NCBI GenBank assembly: GCA_964354975.1
Contig: CAYHBS010000005.1
Coordinates: 1 to 62,807 of the forward strand
DNA length: 62,807 nucleotides
From: an uncultured Candidatus Saccharibacteria bacterium
Lineage (GTDB): Bacteria > Patescibacteriota > Minisyncoccia > Ryanbacterales > HO2-45-13
Direction of reading: 5' to 3'
Shown: one piece after another, positions 1-7,889 of the stretch
How the letters are laid out: each line of letters starts with the position of its first letter
Numbering within the stretch: position 1 is the first letter of the stretch
Program-made: the position numbers and the translations under genes
The notes under the pieces: generated by a model
Databases searched by the model: none
The model's input: only the letters and a program-made list of their open reading frames with translations
What the model was told of the DNA's origin: nothing

Positions 1-466
1 GCCACACCACCATGGTCATTCTTCCTCCTGGTTTCAATGAATTGCATATATTTCTTAGCGCAGCAGTTGCATCTGAAAAAAACATGGTGCCGAATCGAGC
101 GAACGCGAGATCGTATGGCCCACCGAGATTATCTACCTGTACATCTTTGATATCAAACGTTACGTTCCCCTCCTTGTCGGCATAATGCTCATTTGCGTAC
201 TTAATAAAATTAGGTGAACAATCTACGCCGTATGCGCGTCCGGTAAATTCCGCTATTTCGGCAGTTCCGTCTCCAAAACCGCAACCAATATCAATCACCC
301 TCTGGCCCTTTGCGGGCTTAATGCGTCTCAGTGCCACTGTGCCATGCACCGCAAGTCCATCTAAGAAAATATATTTAAACCGACTAAACTTCTCAAACAA
401 TACACCGTCCCATGCTTCAATGATGACTGCATTTTCGCTGTTCTTTATTTTGGTTACGTCTGACAT
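1..466 (-). CDS. class I SAM-dependent methyltransferase, C-terminus cut by window edge
   Basis: Own translation of the minus strand from ATG at 466: MSDVTKIKNSENAVIIEAWDGVLFEKFSRF...GQRVIDIGCGFGDGTAEIAEFTGRAYGVDCS...LKPGGRMTMVVW. It has the GxGxG SAM motif I and a Rossmann-type layout. It is absent from the ORF track because no stop lies inside the window. Confidence 0.7.
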   Translation of the reverse strand, partial: MSDVTKIKNSENAVIIEAWDGVLFEKFSRFKYIFLDGLAVHGTVALRRIKPAKGQRVIDIGCGFGDGTAEIAEFTGRAYGVDCSPNFIKYANEHYADKEGNVTFDIKDVQVDNLGGPYDLAFARFGTMFFSDATAALRNICNSLKPGGRMTMVVW

Positions 467-541
467 ATGAGAAGCATATCATAGCTCTGAAATTTTGACA
501 CAATTTAAATTCTACTCACTCATAAACCTAAAATCGGGGCG

Positions 542-560
542 CATATACCCATGTCGCACA
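542..560. repeat. 19-bp direct repeat copy 1 (CATATACCCATGTCGCACA)
   Basis: Exact 19-mer also present at 934-952. On the minus strand it encodes VRHGYM in both copies. Copy 1 sits in a short dead-end frame (..NIVRHGYMRPDFRFMSE*). Confidence 0.85.
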
Positions 561-627
561 ATATTCAGTCTACAAATAGACAATTTCTATTCTACTATTC
601 GCCCGAATGGTTCCTAAGTGTATTTAT

Positions 628-1038
628 TTATATAAAGGGTTCAGGAGGGTTTTCGGAGGTGCCGCCGATGCCGAAGAGCACTTTAAAGTTATTTCTGTTT
701 TTTGTTTGGATGCGAAACCCACGGTTTGTTGATGCAATATATACCTTCTTTCCTATCCAGATCCGAACGTAGTATCCCTCAACCTGCTCAGGTTTGATGA
801 ACCCAGGCACACGGTATTCATGCTCTCCCTCCTCAACTTCAGTTGAGAGAAATGTATTATTCCCATACCCAATTTCCGCATACACCGATTTCATACATTC
901 AATATACCACGAACAAATTCCGAAATCCGACCTCATATACCCATGTCGCACATCATGTACCTTTTTAACTTGCAAATCAGCAATATACCGATTGGTATCG
1001 AAATATAACTGCGGCTTCACAAATCGCCCGGACGACAA
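628..1038 (-). CDS. hypothetical protein (136 aa as tracked; start uncertain, TTG at 1038)
   Basis: ORF track only. I recognised no motif. The start codon at 1038 is TTG inside a 9-bp hairpin, so the true start may be downstream. Confidence 0.4.
   Translation of the reverse strand: MSSGRFVKPQLYFDTNRYIADLQVKKVHDVRHGYMRSDFGICSWYIECMKSVYAEIGYGNNTFLSTEVEEGEHEYRVPGFIKPEQVEGYYVRIWIGKKVYIASTNRGFRIQTKNRNNFKVLFGIGGTSENPPEPFI
934..952. repeat. 19-bp direct repeat copy 2 (CATATACCCATGTCGCACA)
   Basis: Identical to 542-560. Lies inside ORF 628-1038 (codons for VRHGYM). Confidence 0.85.
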
Positions 1039-1068
1039 GCAGTTGTCGTCCTAGCAAAGCTACGATTT

Positions 1069-1087
1069 GTGACCCCACGGGGAATCG
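1069..1087. repeat. orphan copy of the 3' end of tRNA-Glu (att-like direct repeat)
   Basis: GTGACCCCACGGGGAATCG is identical to 1251-1269, which is the T-arm/acceptor 3' end of the tRNA plus 1 nt. There is no complete tRNA around this copy. Confidence 0.8.
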
Positions 1088-1217
1088 GTCACGAATATTT
1101 GCAGTGCTCTGCAAATTCCGCTACCCCGTCTCGCACGCGCTAGGGCGCGACGCTCCGACTTTCGATATCCCCGACAAACGTTACGCAGGTAACGTTTTTG
1201 TGGTCACCCAAGAAAAA

Positions 1218-1237
1218 AGGCCTCCAATAGGAGGACT
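1218..1237 (-). terminator. hairpin with flanking A/T runs downstream of tRNA-Glu
   Basis: AGGCCTCC-AATA-GGAGGACT (8-bp stem, 1 mismatch). The A6 run at 1213-1218 gives a T tract on the minus strand. T6 follows on the plus strand. Confidence 0.55.
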
Positions 1238-1251
1238 CTTTTTTCGACGGG

Positions 1252-1323
1252 TGACCCCACGGGGAATCGAACCCCGATTTAAAGCTTGAGAAGCTTCCGT
1301 CCTAACCGTTAGACGATAGGGCC
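1252..1323 (-). tRNA. tRNA-Glu (anticodon CUC), 72 nt, CCA not encoded
   Basis: Hand-folded cloverleaf of GGCCCTATCGTCTAACGGTTAGGACGGAAGCTTCTCAAGCTTTAAATCGGGGTTCGATTCCCCGTGGGGTCA. Acceptor 7 bp, D stem GTCT/GGAC, anticodon stem GAAGC/GCTTT with loop TTCTCAA, T arm CGGGG-TTCGATT-CCCCG, discriminator A. Confidence 0.88.
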
Positions 1324-1363
1324 AATACAATAGCTTATAGCTTGAAGCTTTTAGCTGATAGCG

Positions 1364-1392
1364 AGTATACAAAAAAACGCACTTACAAACAA
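1364..1392 (-). promoter_or_regulatory. candidate sigma70-type promoter for tRNA-Glu
   Basis: Minus strand reads TTGTTT-17 nt-TATACT, about 35 nt upstream of the tRNA 5' end. Confidence 0.3.
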
Positions 1393-1455
1393 GGCAAGAC
1401 ACTTAAACAATTTCTAATTGATCTAATCTCTAATTGCTCTAAATGGGCTCAATTG

Positions 1456-2433
1456 CTACATGACGCGAGTGACGAGCGCAATCATTTGCTCCTTCTTTTT
1501 TGGATCGCTTTCCGCGACTAGCAGCGTCAGCGCTGTAAGGGCGCCCGGACTTATCATTGCTGCTTTCTTAAACTTCGCCTTTCGTAAAAACCATATAAAC
1601 GCAAAAGCACCCGATCGTTTGTTTCCATCCGAAAATGGATGATTTTTCACCATAAAATAGAGCAGGTGTGCCGCCTTTTCTTCAATACTTGCATAAATTG
1701 GTTTTCCTCCAAATGACTGCATAACGTTACCCACAATACCCGATATACTTCCCCGCTCTCTTTCCTGTGCAAATAACTCCGTTGCTTCGCCTTTGTCCAT
1801 TAACCCCTTGCGTAGCTGAGAAATGGCAGACGTAAGTTCGTCACCAGATAGTGCAATTGCTTTTTTGGTAACGCCGATGGGCGTGAGTACATCTCTATCG
1901 TATGCGTCGAGCGAGACCCACGTGCTGGAGAATTCCTTAATCAACTCCAAAATAGTGACCGGATCTAATAGCGTGTGTGTTGGCAAGAGTGACTGCACAT
2001 CAGTCACGGACTTCATGAACGACGCATAATTGCGGGCAATTTGCTTGCGATTGAAGGTATATCCTTTTGTAATATGCTCCCGTAGTGTCTTGGTGGCCCA
2101 TTTTCGGAATTTTGTTGCAGTTTTGGAATTGACTCGGTAGCCGACGGATAGAATGGCATCAAGATTGTAGTACTCGATATGTCTAACAACGCGTCGCCCA
2201 CCTTCGATTTGAACTGTTGCATTTTTTGCAACAGTTGCCTTTCTATTAAGTTCTTTGTCATTATAAATTTGGGATAAGTGACGAGAAATCACGGACTTAT
2301 CCCTATTGAATACTGCTGAAATTTGATCGAGAGTCGCCCAAACTGTGTCGTGCGTTGAATCAGCACGCATCTCAATTGCACCACTTGAAACCTGATATAT
2401 AACAATATTTTTTTGTGGTTGCTTCTTTTTCAT
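1456..2433 (-). CDS. RhuM-family N-terminal domain fused to a Fic/Doc domain protein
   Basis: N-terminal half resembles RhuM virulence proteins (..HIEYYNLDAILSVGYRVNSKTATKFRKWATKTLREHITKGY..). The C-terminus carries the Fic/Doc core motif HPFSDGNKRSGAF. Confidence 0.8.
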   Translation of the reverse strand: MKKKQPQKNIVIYQVSSGAIEMRADSTHDTVWATLDQISAVFNRDKSVISRHLSQIYNDKELNRKATVAKNATVQIEGGRRVVRHIEYYNLDAILSVGYRVNSKTATKFRKWATKTLREHITKGYTFNRKQIARNYASFMKSVTDVQSLLPTHTLLDPVTILELIKEFSSTWVSLDAYDRDVLTPIGVTKKAIALSGDELTSAISQLRKGLMDKGEATELFAQERERGSISGIVGNVMQSFGGKPIYASIEEKAAHLLYFMVKNHPFSDGNKRSGAFAFIWFLRKAKFKKAAMISPGALTALTLLVAESDPKKKEQMIALVTRVM

Positions 2434-2445
2434 ATTGTAGATTTA

Positions 2446-3894
2446 TTACGCAATATACGGCCTTGATGCGTTACGATATATCCAAACACCGAGCGATACG
2501 ATTACCACAGCAATAGGCCAGGTGATGGGGGTGATGACTACGCCACCAAGTACAATTGCCGAGCCAAATAGCTGCTGAAGAAACCTCGCGTTTCCCCGCT
2601 CCTCCGCTTCCTTCCATACATCCTCTTGGCGCACGAGCACATGCGCGCGCTCTTCGGGGTGCGCCATTATTTCCTCCACCGCACGTTCCATGCGAATACC
2701 TTGCGATCCTTTTACAAGCACAATGTCCCCTTCATCCACCATTTCCTGTACGGCGTGTCCCGCCGTGATTGCGTCGGGCGCTTCGATGATACGCGCGGCG
2801 GGCATAAATTTAATTGCTTCATCGGCGATGAAATACGAATGCGGACCTACGATAAATAAGTTGTCGCACACTTCGGAAACATGTTTGCCGATTTCGCGGT
2901 GTGCGGTCTCGGACGCTGCGCCGAGCTCTAACATATCGCCCAGCACGCAAATCGCGCGGCCTTTTTTAATATCTCCCAGAGTGTCGAGTGCGGCATGCAC
3001 CGCAAGCGGTGAGGCGTTATACGTGTCGTCGAGAATGTGTGAACCTTTGATACCATCAATCACGCGGAGTCTACCGGGCTGCGATTCGTAGTTGCGAAGC
3101 GCCTCGCTGATCGCAATAAGATTCATTCCCCGCGCAATGCCCACTGCAGCAGCGGCAAGCGCGTTATACACTTGCTGCCTCCCCAGTGCACCGTACAGAC
3201 GTACCGGCACCGCACTTCCTTTGTATTCAACTTTAAACGTAATGCCTTCGGGCATCGTTGCGCTTTCGTGTGTGTACAGCAGTTTGTACTCGGATGCGCG
3301 AATATCTGCGTCTTTGTGAAATCCGTACGTGAGCACTTTTCCTTTTGCGGCCTGTGCAAGCGCGCGCACCACATCATCGTCGTAATTGAGAATTGCCCAA
3401 TCTTCGTGTCCTTGTTTGGAAAATATTTTTGCTTTTTCACGCACGAGTGCGGCGGCATTCTGAAAACGCTCCATATGCACCGGTGTGTCTCCAATCGCGG
3501 TCATCACGGCAATATGCGGGCGCACAATGTGAAGGAGCAGATCCATGTCTCGCGGCTTGTCGACGCCCATTTCAAGCACCAGTGTACGAGGGTAACTTGG
3601 TGTGTGCACAGCGCGCAGCGCGGAGACGAGGAGTACGCGTATCCACCCAACGACGGAACGGTAGGGACTGGTAAGCTCCAGTATCGCAAATGGAAGTCCT
3701 ATTTCGCTGTTATAGCTTTTTTGACTCTTCCCCACGCGCTCCGTCGCGCCAAGTACACACGCAATGGCTTCTTTCGTGCTTGTCTTTCCCACGCTACCAG
3801 TGATACCCACGATACGCGGATGTTCACGTTTAATGACTCGGCGCGCAGTTGCCTCGAGATATTTTGTGATAACTGTTTTGAAAATATTGGTCAT
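2446..3894 (-). CDS. murF: UDP-N-acetylmuramoyl-tripeptide--D-alanyl-D-alanine ligase with C-terminal membrane-anchor extension
   Basis: Mur ligase P-loop GITGSVGKTSTKE, DTYNASP, and LVKGSQGIRMERAVEEI near the canonical end. About 68 further residues follow, with hydrophobic stretches (AIVLGGVVITPITWPIAVVIVSLGVWIY). It lies in the dcw cluster after ftsI. Confidence 0.88.
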   Translation of the reverse strand: MTNIFKTVITKYLEATARRVIKREHPRIVGITGSVGKTSTKEAIACVLGATERVGKSQKSYNSEIGLPFAILELTSPYRSVVGWIRVLLVSALRAVHTPSYPRTLVLEMGVDKPRDMDLLLHIVRPHIAVMTAIGDTPVHMERFQNAAALVREKAKIFSKQGHEDWAILNYDDDVVRALAQAAKGKVLTYGFHKDADIRASEYKLLYTHESATMPEGITFKVEYKGSAVPVRLYGALGRQQVYNALAAAAVGIARGMNLIAISEALRNYESQPGRLRVIDGIKGSHILDDTYNASPLAVHAALDTLGDIKKGRAICVLGDMLELGAASETAHREIGKHVSEVCDNLFIVGPHSYFIADEAIKFMPAARIIEAPDAITAGHAVQEMVDEGDIVLVKGSQGIRMERAVEEIMAHPEERAHVLVRQEDVWKEAEERGNARFLQQLFGSAIVLGGVVITPITWPIAVVIVSLGVWIYRNASRPYIA

Positions 3895-5573
3895 TGTGTT
3901 TGCCGATCGGGAGGAATCTGATAGTACTGAAGCGCATAGGTCATGATGTCTTTAAACGGCGGCGTGAGTGATATGGATGAAAACGCAGCGCCAACGGGAC
4001 GCTCCATATAGAGTAACACAATGAACTTTGGATTCGTTGCGGGGGCGTAGCCAAAGAATGAGTGTAGATACGCATCAATGTATCCTGCGCCATTTGGGTT
4101 TGGAAGTTGTGCCGTGCCGGTCTTTGCGCCCACAGAGTAGCCAGTGATTTTTCCTTTCCCTTGCAGTAACGCATCATCCACCACGGTGACGAGCATTTTG
4201 GATATTTGCGCAGCAGCCACTTCAGACGCCACACGTTCACCGGAGTTGTCCGCATGCTTGGTTACTGTACCGTCTGCATGACGTACTTCTTCAACGAGAT
4301 ACGGCATTGGCTCTACCCCGCTATTCGCAACGGTTGAAAGTGCACGAATGAGTCCTATGGGAGTGACTCCAATCCCCTGTCCAAATGATGCAGTTGCGTG
4401 ATCAATTTCATATTTTGAGCTAAGGTTTTTGATATTGCCGGGCGTTTCCTGCACTTCAATGCCAGTTTTTTCACCAAGCTTCAGAGAGGTAAAAAAAGCA
4501 CTAAACGTACTCATACCCATTTTTTCCATTAAGTGTATCACACCAGTATTGAGTGATTGATTGAGAATTTCTTGCAAAGGAATCGTTCCTCTTCCCTTTT
4601 TGTCGTGGTTATTTACCGTGTATCCATCGATCTTGCGATATCCCGAATCAAAATATGTGTCGGTGGGACGCACAGCTCCCGCGTTAAACGCCGCAAGAAA
4701 TGTGAGCGGTTTTACCACTGACCCCATTTCATACTGGTTTTTCGTATTGGGATTGATGTACGCTTTTTCACTTGAAACATTTTGATAGTCATTGGGATCA
4801 AATGTGGGGCGTCCCGCCATTGCAAGAATTCTTCCGGTGCGCGGATCCATGACAATTGCGCCACCGCGCGCGGTGAAGTACTGCTCAAGCGTATGGTCAA
4901 GGACGTCCTCGACATATGTTTGAAGCGCGGCATCAATGGTAAGCACAACGGCGCTCTCGCCGGTACCGTATTTCAATCCCCCACGAAATGATTCAAATAA
5001 TGAGGTGGGAGCGAACGTTGTCTCTTCCGCAAGTATATTTTCATATTCTTGCTCAATTCCATAACTTCCTTTTCGTCCTCCGGCCGAATCTCCAAGAAAT
5101 CCAATCACGTGAGACGCGAGCGTACCACCGGGATAGTATCGATCGGTATTTGGAACAAAAATAATTCCTACGGGCGCAATTTGCTCTAATGCGAGATATC
5201 GCTCTTCGGAAACGCGACGCGCCACCTCTTCGAACGGATCGGAAACGTCGCGTGTTTTGGCATTAAAATCGGCCCTTGAAAGCGCAAATTCACGGTTGAG
5301 AAACTCGTACACCGCCGTGGAATCAACGATTTTTCGTGAGTCGATTGCAACGGTGTAAAAAACCGCTTCCGTAGCAGCGACAAACAACCCATCACTCCCC
5401 TGCAAATAAATATCACCACGTTTGAGTTCGGCGTCCTTTGAAATACCGGAAGCGGCCTGCGCACGGTATATATCATCCTTTACAATTTGAAGCACGCCAA
5501 GGCGAAATGCGACTCCGCAAAAAATCAGGATAATAAACCCCTGTAGAATCCGGAGTCGCTTTGTCGCTTCCAT
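3891..5573 (-). CDS. ftsI: penicillin-binding protein, division transpeptidase (FtsI/PBP3-like)
   Basis: N-terminal TM segment. Transpeptidase motifs SVVKP (SxxK), SLN (SxN) and KTGT. Located between ftsL and murF, with a 4-nt overlap with murF. Confidence 0.85.
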   Translation of the reverse strand: MEATKRLRILQGFIILIFCGVAFRLGVLQIVKDDIYRAQAASGISKDAELKRGDIYLQGSDGLFVAATEAVFYTVAIDSRKIVDSTAVYEFLNREFALSRADFNAKTRDVSDPFEEVARRVSEERYLALEQIAPVGIIFVPNTDRYYPGGTLASHVIGFLGDSAGGRKGSYGIEQEYENILAEETTFAPTSLFESFRGGLKYGTGESAVVLTIDAALQTYVEDVLDHTLEQYFTARGGAIVMDPRTGRILAMAGRPTFDPNDYQNVSSEKAYINPNTKNQYEMGSVVKPLTFLAAFNAGAVRPTDTYFDSGYRKIDGYTVNNHDKKGRGTIPLQEILNQSLNTGVIHLMEKMGMSTFSAFFTSLKLGEKTGIEVQETPGNIKNLSSKYEIDHATASFGQGIGVTPIGLIRALSTVANSGVEPMPYLVEEVRHADGTVTKHADNSGERVASEVAAAQISKMLVTVVDDALLQGKGKITGYSVGAKTGTAQLPNPNGAGYIDAYLHSFFGYAPATNPKFIVLLYMERPVGAAFSSISLTPPFKDIMTYALQYYQIPPDRQTQ

Positions 5574-5584
5574 GTAGCTCTATG

Positions 5585-5884
5585 TTACCGGCTAGGTCCC
5601 GCGAGTGCTACGCCAGTACCACCTCCACGGTATACAAATATCGGCGCGTCTTCTGCCTTGAGCGTTCCTTCCTGCTGTAACGTTCGATTTTCCTTTGCAA
5701 CAGTAGTGTTAAATTTTTGCTGCTGCGTCGTAAGCGTTCCCGTGAGTTCTTTATTGTGTTGCTCGAGTTGAGAAACTACATTTGCGTAGTGCATGCGGCG
5801 CTCCACCAGTCCGAGCCATGCGGCAATAAACAGAATAATACCGATGCCGAGGAACACGTTGATGCGTGAAAGTCGGTGTGTCAT
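5585..5884 (-). CDS. ftsL: FtsL/DivIC-like small bitopic division protein
   Basis: 99 aa with a single TM (VFLGIGIILFIAAWLGLV) followed by a coiled-coil-like Q/E/K-rich region. Sits in the canonical position between rsmH and ftsI. Confidence 0.55.
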   Translation of the reverse strand: MTHRLSRINVFLGIGIILFIAAWLGLVERRMHYANVVSQLEQHNKELTGTLTTQQQKFNTTVAKENRTLQQEGTLKAEDAPIFVYRGGGTGVALAGPSR

Positions 5885-5888
5885 CGCA

Positions 5889-6761
5889 TTAGTTTGTTCG
5901 CTCCCATATACGTAATTGTGCGGACCGTGCGCTCGGGTTTGCTTTTATTTCTTCGCGTGTTGGTTTAATGGCGTGCGCAGTGACTGACGCGCCGTTCCCG
6001 CGACTTCCGAATACTTGCTTCACTAACTTGTGTTCGAGCGAATGATATGTGAGCGCGAGCACTCGCCCGCTTACTGCCACGGTACTACATGCCACCTCAA
6101 GACCAGTGCGCATGGTATCGAGCTCGCGGTTGACGGCAATGCGAAACGCCTGAAACGTTCGCGTTGCGAAATGTGTCTTTCCGCGCCGATACCATGCTGG
6201 CACACCTGCACTGACCGCCGCGACAAGCTGATCAGTGGTGATAATAAGCGCACGCTTTCTTTCTCGCACGATCGCTTGCGCAATGCCTCTGGCATAGCGT
6301 TCTTCGCCGTATCTCCCGATGAGATCGGTTAAGCGATCGGCTGGGTAGGTGTTGATGATGTGTGCGGCAGTCTCTCCGTCGGTCGTATCAAATCGCATAT
6401 CGAGCGGTTCGGTTTTTTGAAATGAAAATCCACGATTACTCGCTACAAAATGGAATATGTTTACGCCGAAGTCGAAGAGCACCCCATGAATTGGCGTCAT
6501 GCGCGCGGCCGTTGCCATGGTCTGCATATCGGTGTATGTGCCGTGCTTCAGGGTGATGCCTTCGTGCCTGTTTGCTATTTTGAAGAGTGCGGGATCGCGC
6601 TCGATGCCAAGTACACACCCATGTGGGCGCACGCGTTCAAGGATCGCTGTTGCGTGTCCTCCGGAACCGTATGTCGCGTCGATAATATTCATATTGGTTT
6701 TTACATTAAGATATTCGAGCACTTCCCTCACCATGACGGGCTCATGTACACGCCGGGGCAT
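5889..6761 (-). CDS. rsmH: 16S rRNA (cytosine1402-N4)-methyltransferase
   Basis: HEPVMVREVLEYL, IDATYGSGGHA, FDFGVN.. and AFRIAVNRELD are typical MraW/RsmH motifs. Follows mraZ. Confidence 0.92.
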   Translation of the reverse strand: MPRRVHEPVMVREVLEYLNVKTNMNIIDATYGSGGHATAILERVRPHGCVLGIERDPALFKIANRHEGITLKHGTYTDMQTMATAARMTPIHGVLFDFGVNIFHFVASNRGFSFQKTEPLDMRFDTTDGETAAHIINTYPADRLTDLIGRYGEERYARGIAQAIVRERKRALIITTDQLVAAVSAGVPAWYRRGKTHFATRTFQAFRIAVNRELDTMRTGLEVACSTVAVSGRVLALTYHSLEHKLVKQVFGSRGNGASVTAHAIKPTREEIKANPSARSAQLRIWERTN

Positions 6762-6762
6762 A

Positions 6763-7197
6763 TTAATACACTCCTTGATTTCCTAATTCTTCTGCGAGCT
6801 CGTCCGCCCGCTCGGTGACCAAGGTGCGATAGTTCTCCCACGTGTCCTTCGCCCATATCTCGGCGCGCGTATACACTCCCGTGACCACCACTTCCCCTTT
6901 CAGTCCGGCATACGTTGCGAGGTGATCGGGAATGAGCACGCGTCCCAAGGTATCAAGTTCAACTTCTTCTGCACCGGCAAGCATCATGCGCACAAATTGT
7001 CTGGTACGCGTCTGCCCCATGGAAAGCTCGGAGAGTTTACTCGCAATCACCCGCCACTGCGACTCGGTGTAGAGGAATAAGCACTGATCAAGTCCTCGCG
7101 TGACAATGAGACGATCGCCAAAGACCTTGCGCATTTTGGCAGGAATGGATACTCGCCTCTTTGGATCTAGTCGATGGAGATATTCTCCGATGAGCAT
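6763..7197 (-). CDS. mraZ: transcriptional regulator MraZ
   Basis: Two SpoVT/AbrB-like halves with the DxxxR signature (LDPKRRVSIPAKMR and LDTLGRVLIPDHL). First gene of the dcw cluster. Confidence 0.92.
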   Translation of the reverse strand: MLIGEYLHRLDPKRRVSIPAKMRKVFGDRLIVTRGLDQCLFLYTESQWRVIASKLSELSMGQTRTRQFVRMMLAGAEEVELDTLGRVLIPDHLATYAGLKGEVVVTGVYTRAEIWAKDTWENYRTLVTERADELAEELGNQGVY

Positions 7198-7213
7198 ATA
7201 AGATAAGAGTTAT

Positions 7214-7260
7214 CCACAATTTATTCCACTTCTTCCCACTTCATATATAGTCTATACCAC
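7214..7260 (-). promoter_or_regulatory. array of four GTGG(G/A/T) boxes (candidate MraZ operator) around an AT-rich -10
   Basis: On the minus strand: GTGGT (7260), TATATAT, GTGGG (7239), GTGGA (7229), GTGGA (7217). Spacings are 21, 10 and 12 nt, immediately upstream of mraZ. Confidence 0.45.
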
Positions 7261-7404
7261 TTATGAGTAAAAACACATATTTTATATATAAAGATGTGCA
7301 TAAATGCTCACCCGGCAAGGAAGGCCCTGTAAGGAAAAATCGAATTTGACGATATATGGACGGTGGTGCTATGTTCACGCTCAGATTGCCGTGTGGAGGG
7401 GGTC

Positions 7405-7710
7405 ATGTCGCGTCGCAACACTTCTCGACGGTTCATTGCAACACTTGCTTCCCAACCTCGGTGCAACGGATGTCGCCAGGTCGTCTACGCCTACGAAAAC
7501 CACTGCGCGAATTGTGGCAAAAAGAATGATGTATTCGTGCACAAAGAATTTGTCGCACTGCGTGGAGAGACACTCAAACATACACTTCGAAAATGCGGAG
7601 AAGCTCACACGAGAGATGTCACCATTCTTTCTGTGCTCCGCGTCGATCGTCTGGACTACGCATACTGCGAAGATTGCGGAACGTACTTTCTGAAGCATAC
7701 GGCCAACTGA
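7405..7710 (+). CDS. small zinc-ribbon protein (101 aa), function unknown
   Basis: SD GGAGGGGG lies 3-4 nt before ATG 7405. Contains CNGC..x13..CANCG and a distal CEDCG. The tracked start at 7363 has no RBS. Confidence 0.5.
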   Translation: MSRRNTSRRFIATLASQPRCNGCRQVVYAYENHCANCGKKNDVFVHKEFVALRGETLKHTLRKCGEAHTRDVTILSVLRVDRLDYAYCEDCGTYFLKHTAN

Positions 7711-7749
7711 AACTGCTACCGTGAAATCTATAGTCCCATGCATACGAAA

Positions 7750-7779
7750 CCGCCGTCCCGATGCACATCGGGACGGCGG
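7750..7779 (+). terminator. 13-bp perfect hairpin downstream of the zinc-ribbon gene
   Basis: CCGCCGTCCCGAT-GCAC-ATCGGGACGGCGG. There is no clean T tract on the plus strand. Confidence 0.45.
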
Positions 7780-7820
7780 ATCATTATATTAACGCTGATC
7801 TATTGCTTACTTGAGTTCAA

Positions 7821-7849
7821 TTGACATTTCAGCTCTGAACATGTATACC
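7821..7849 (+). promoter_or_regulatory. near-consensus sigma70 promoter
   Basis: TTGACA (7821-7826), 17 nt, TATACC (7844-7849). The predicted TSS near 7856 lies downstream of the tracked ATG at 7851. Confidence 0.5.
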
Positions 7850-7889
7850 AATGCTAGAATCCATCAGTGTTAAAATAAAGGAGAACAAC

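Noticed and set aside
2556-3921. Several 70-250-aa plus-strand ORFs (for example 3172-3921 and 2690-3091)
   Set aside because: They are antisense to murF. The translations are rich in Cys, Arg, His or Ala, Ser, Pro, and they lack start signals. They are shadow ORFs.
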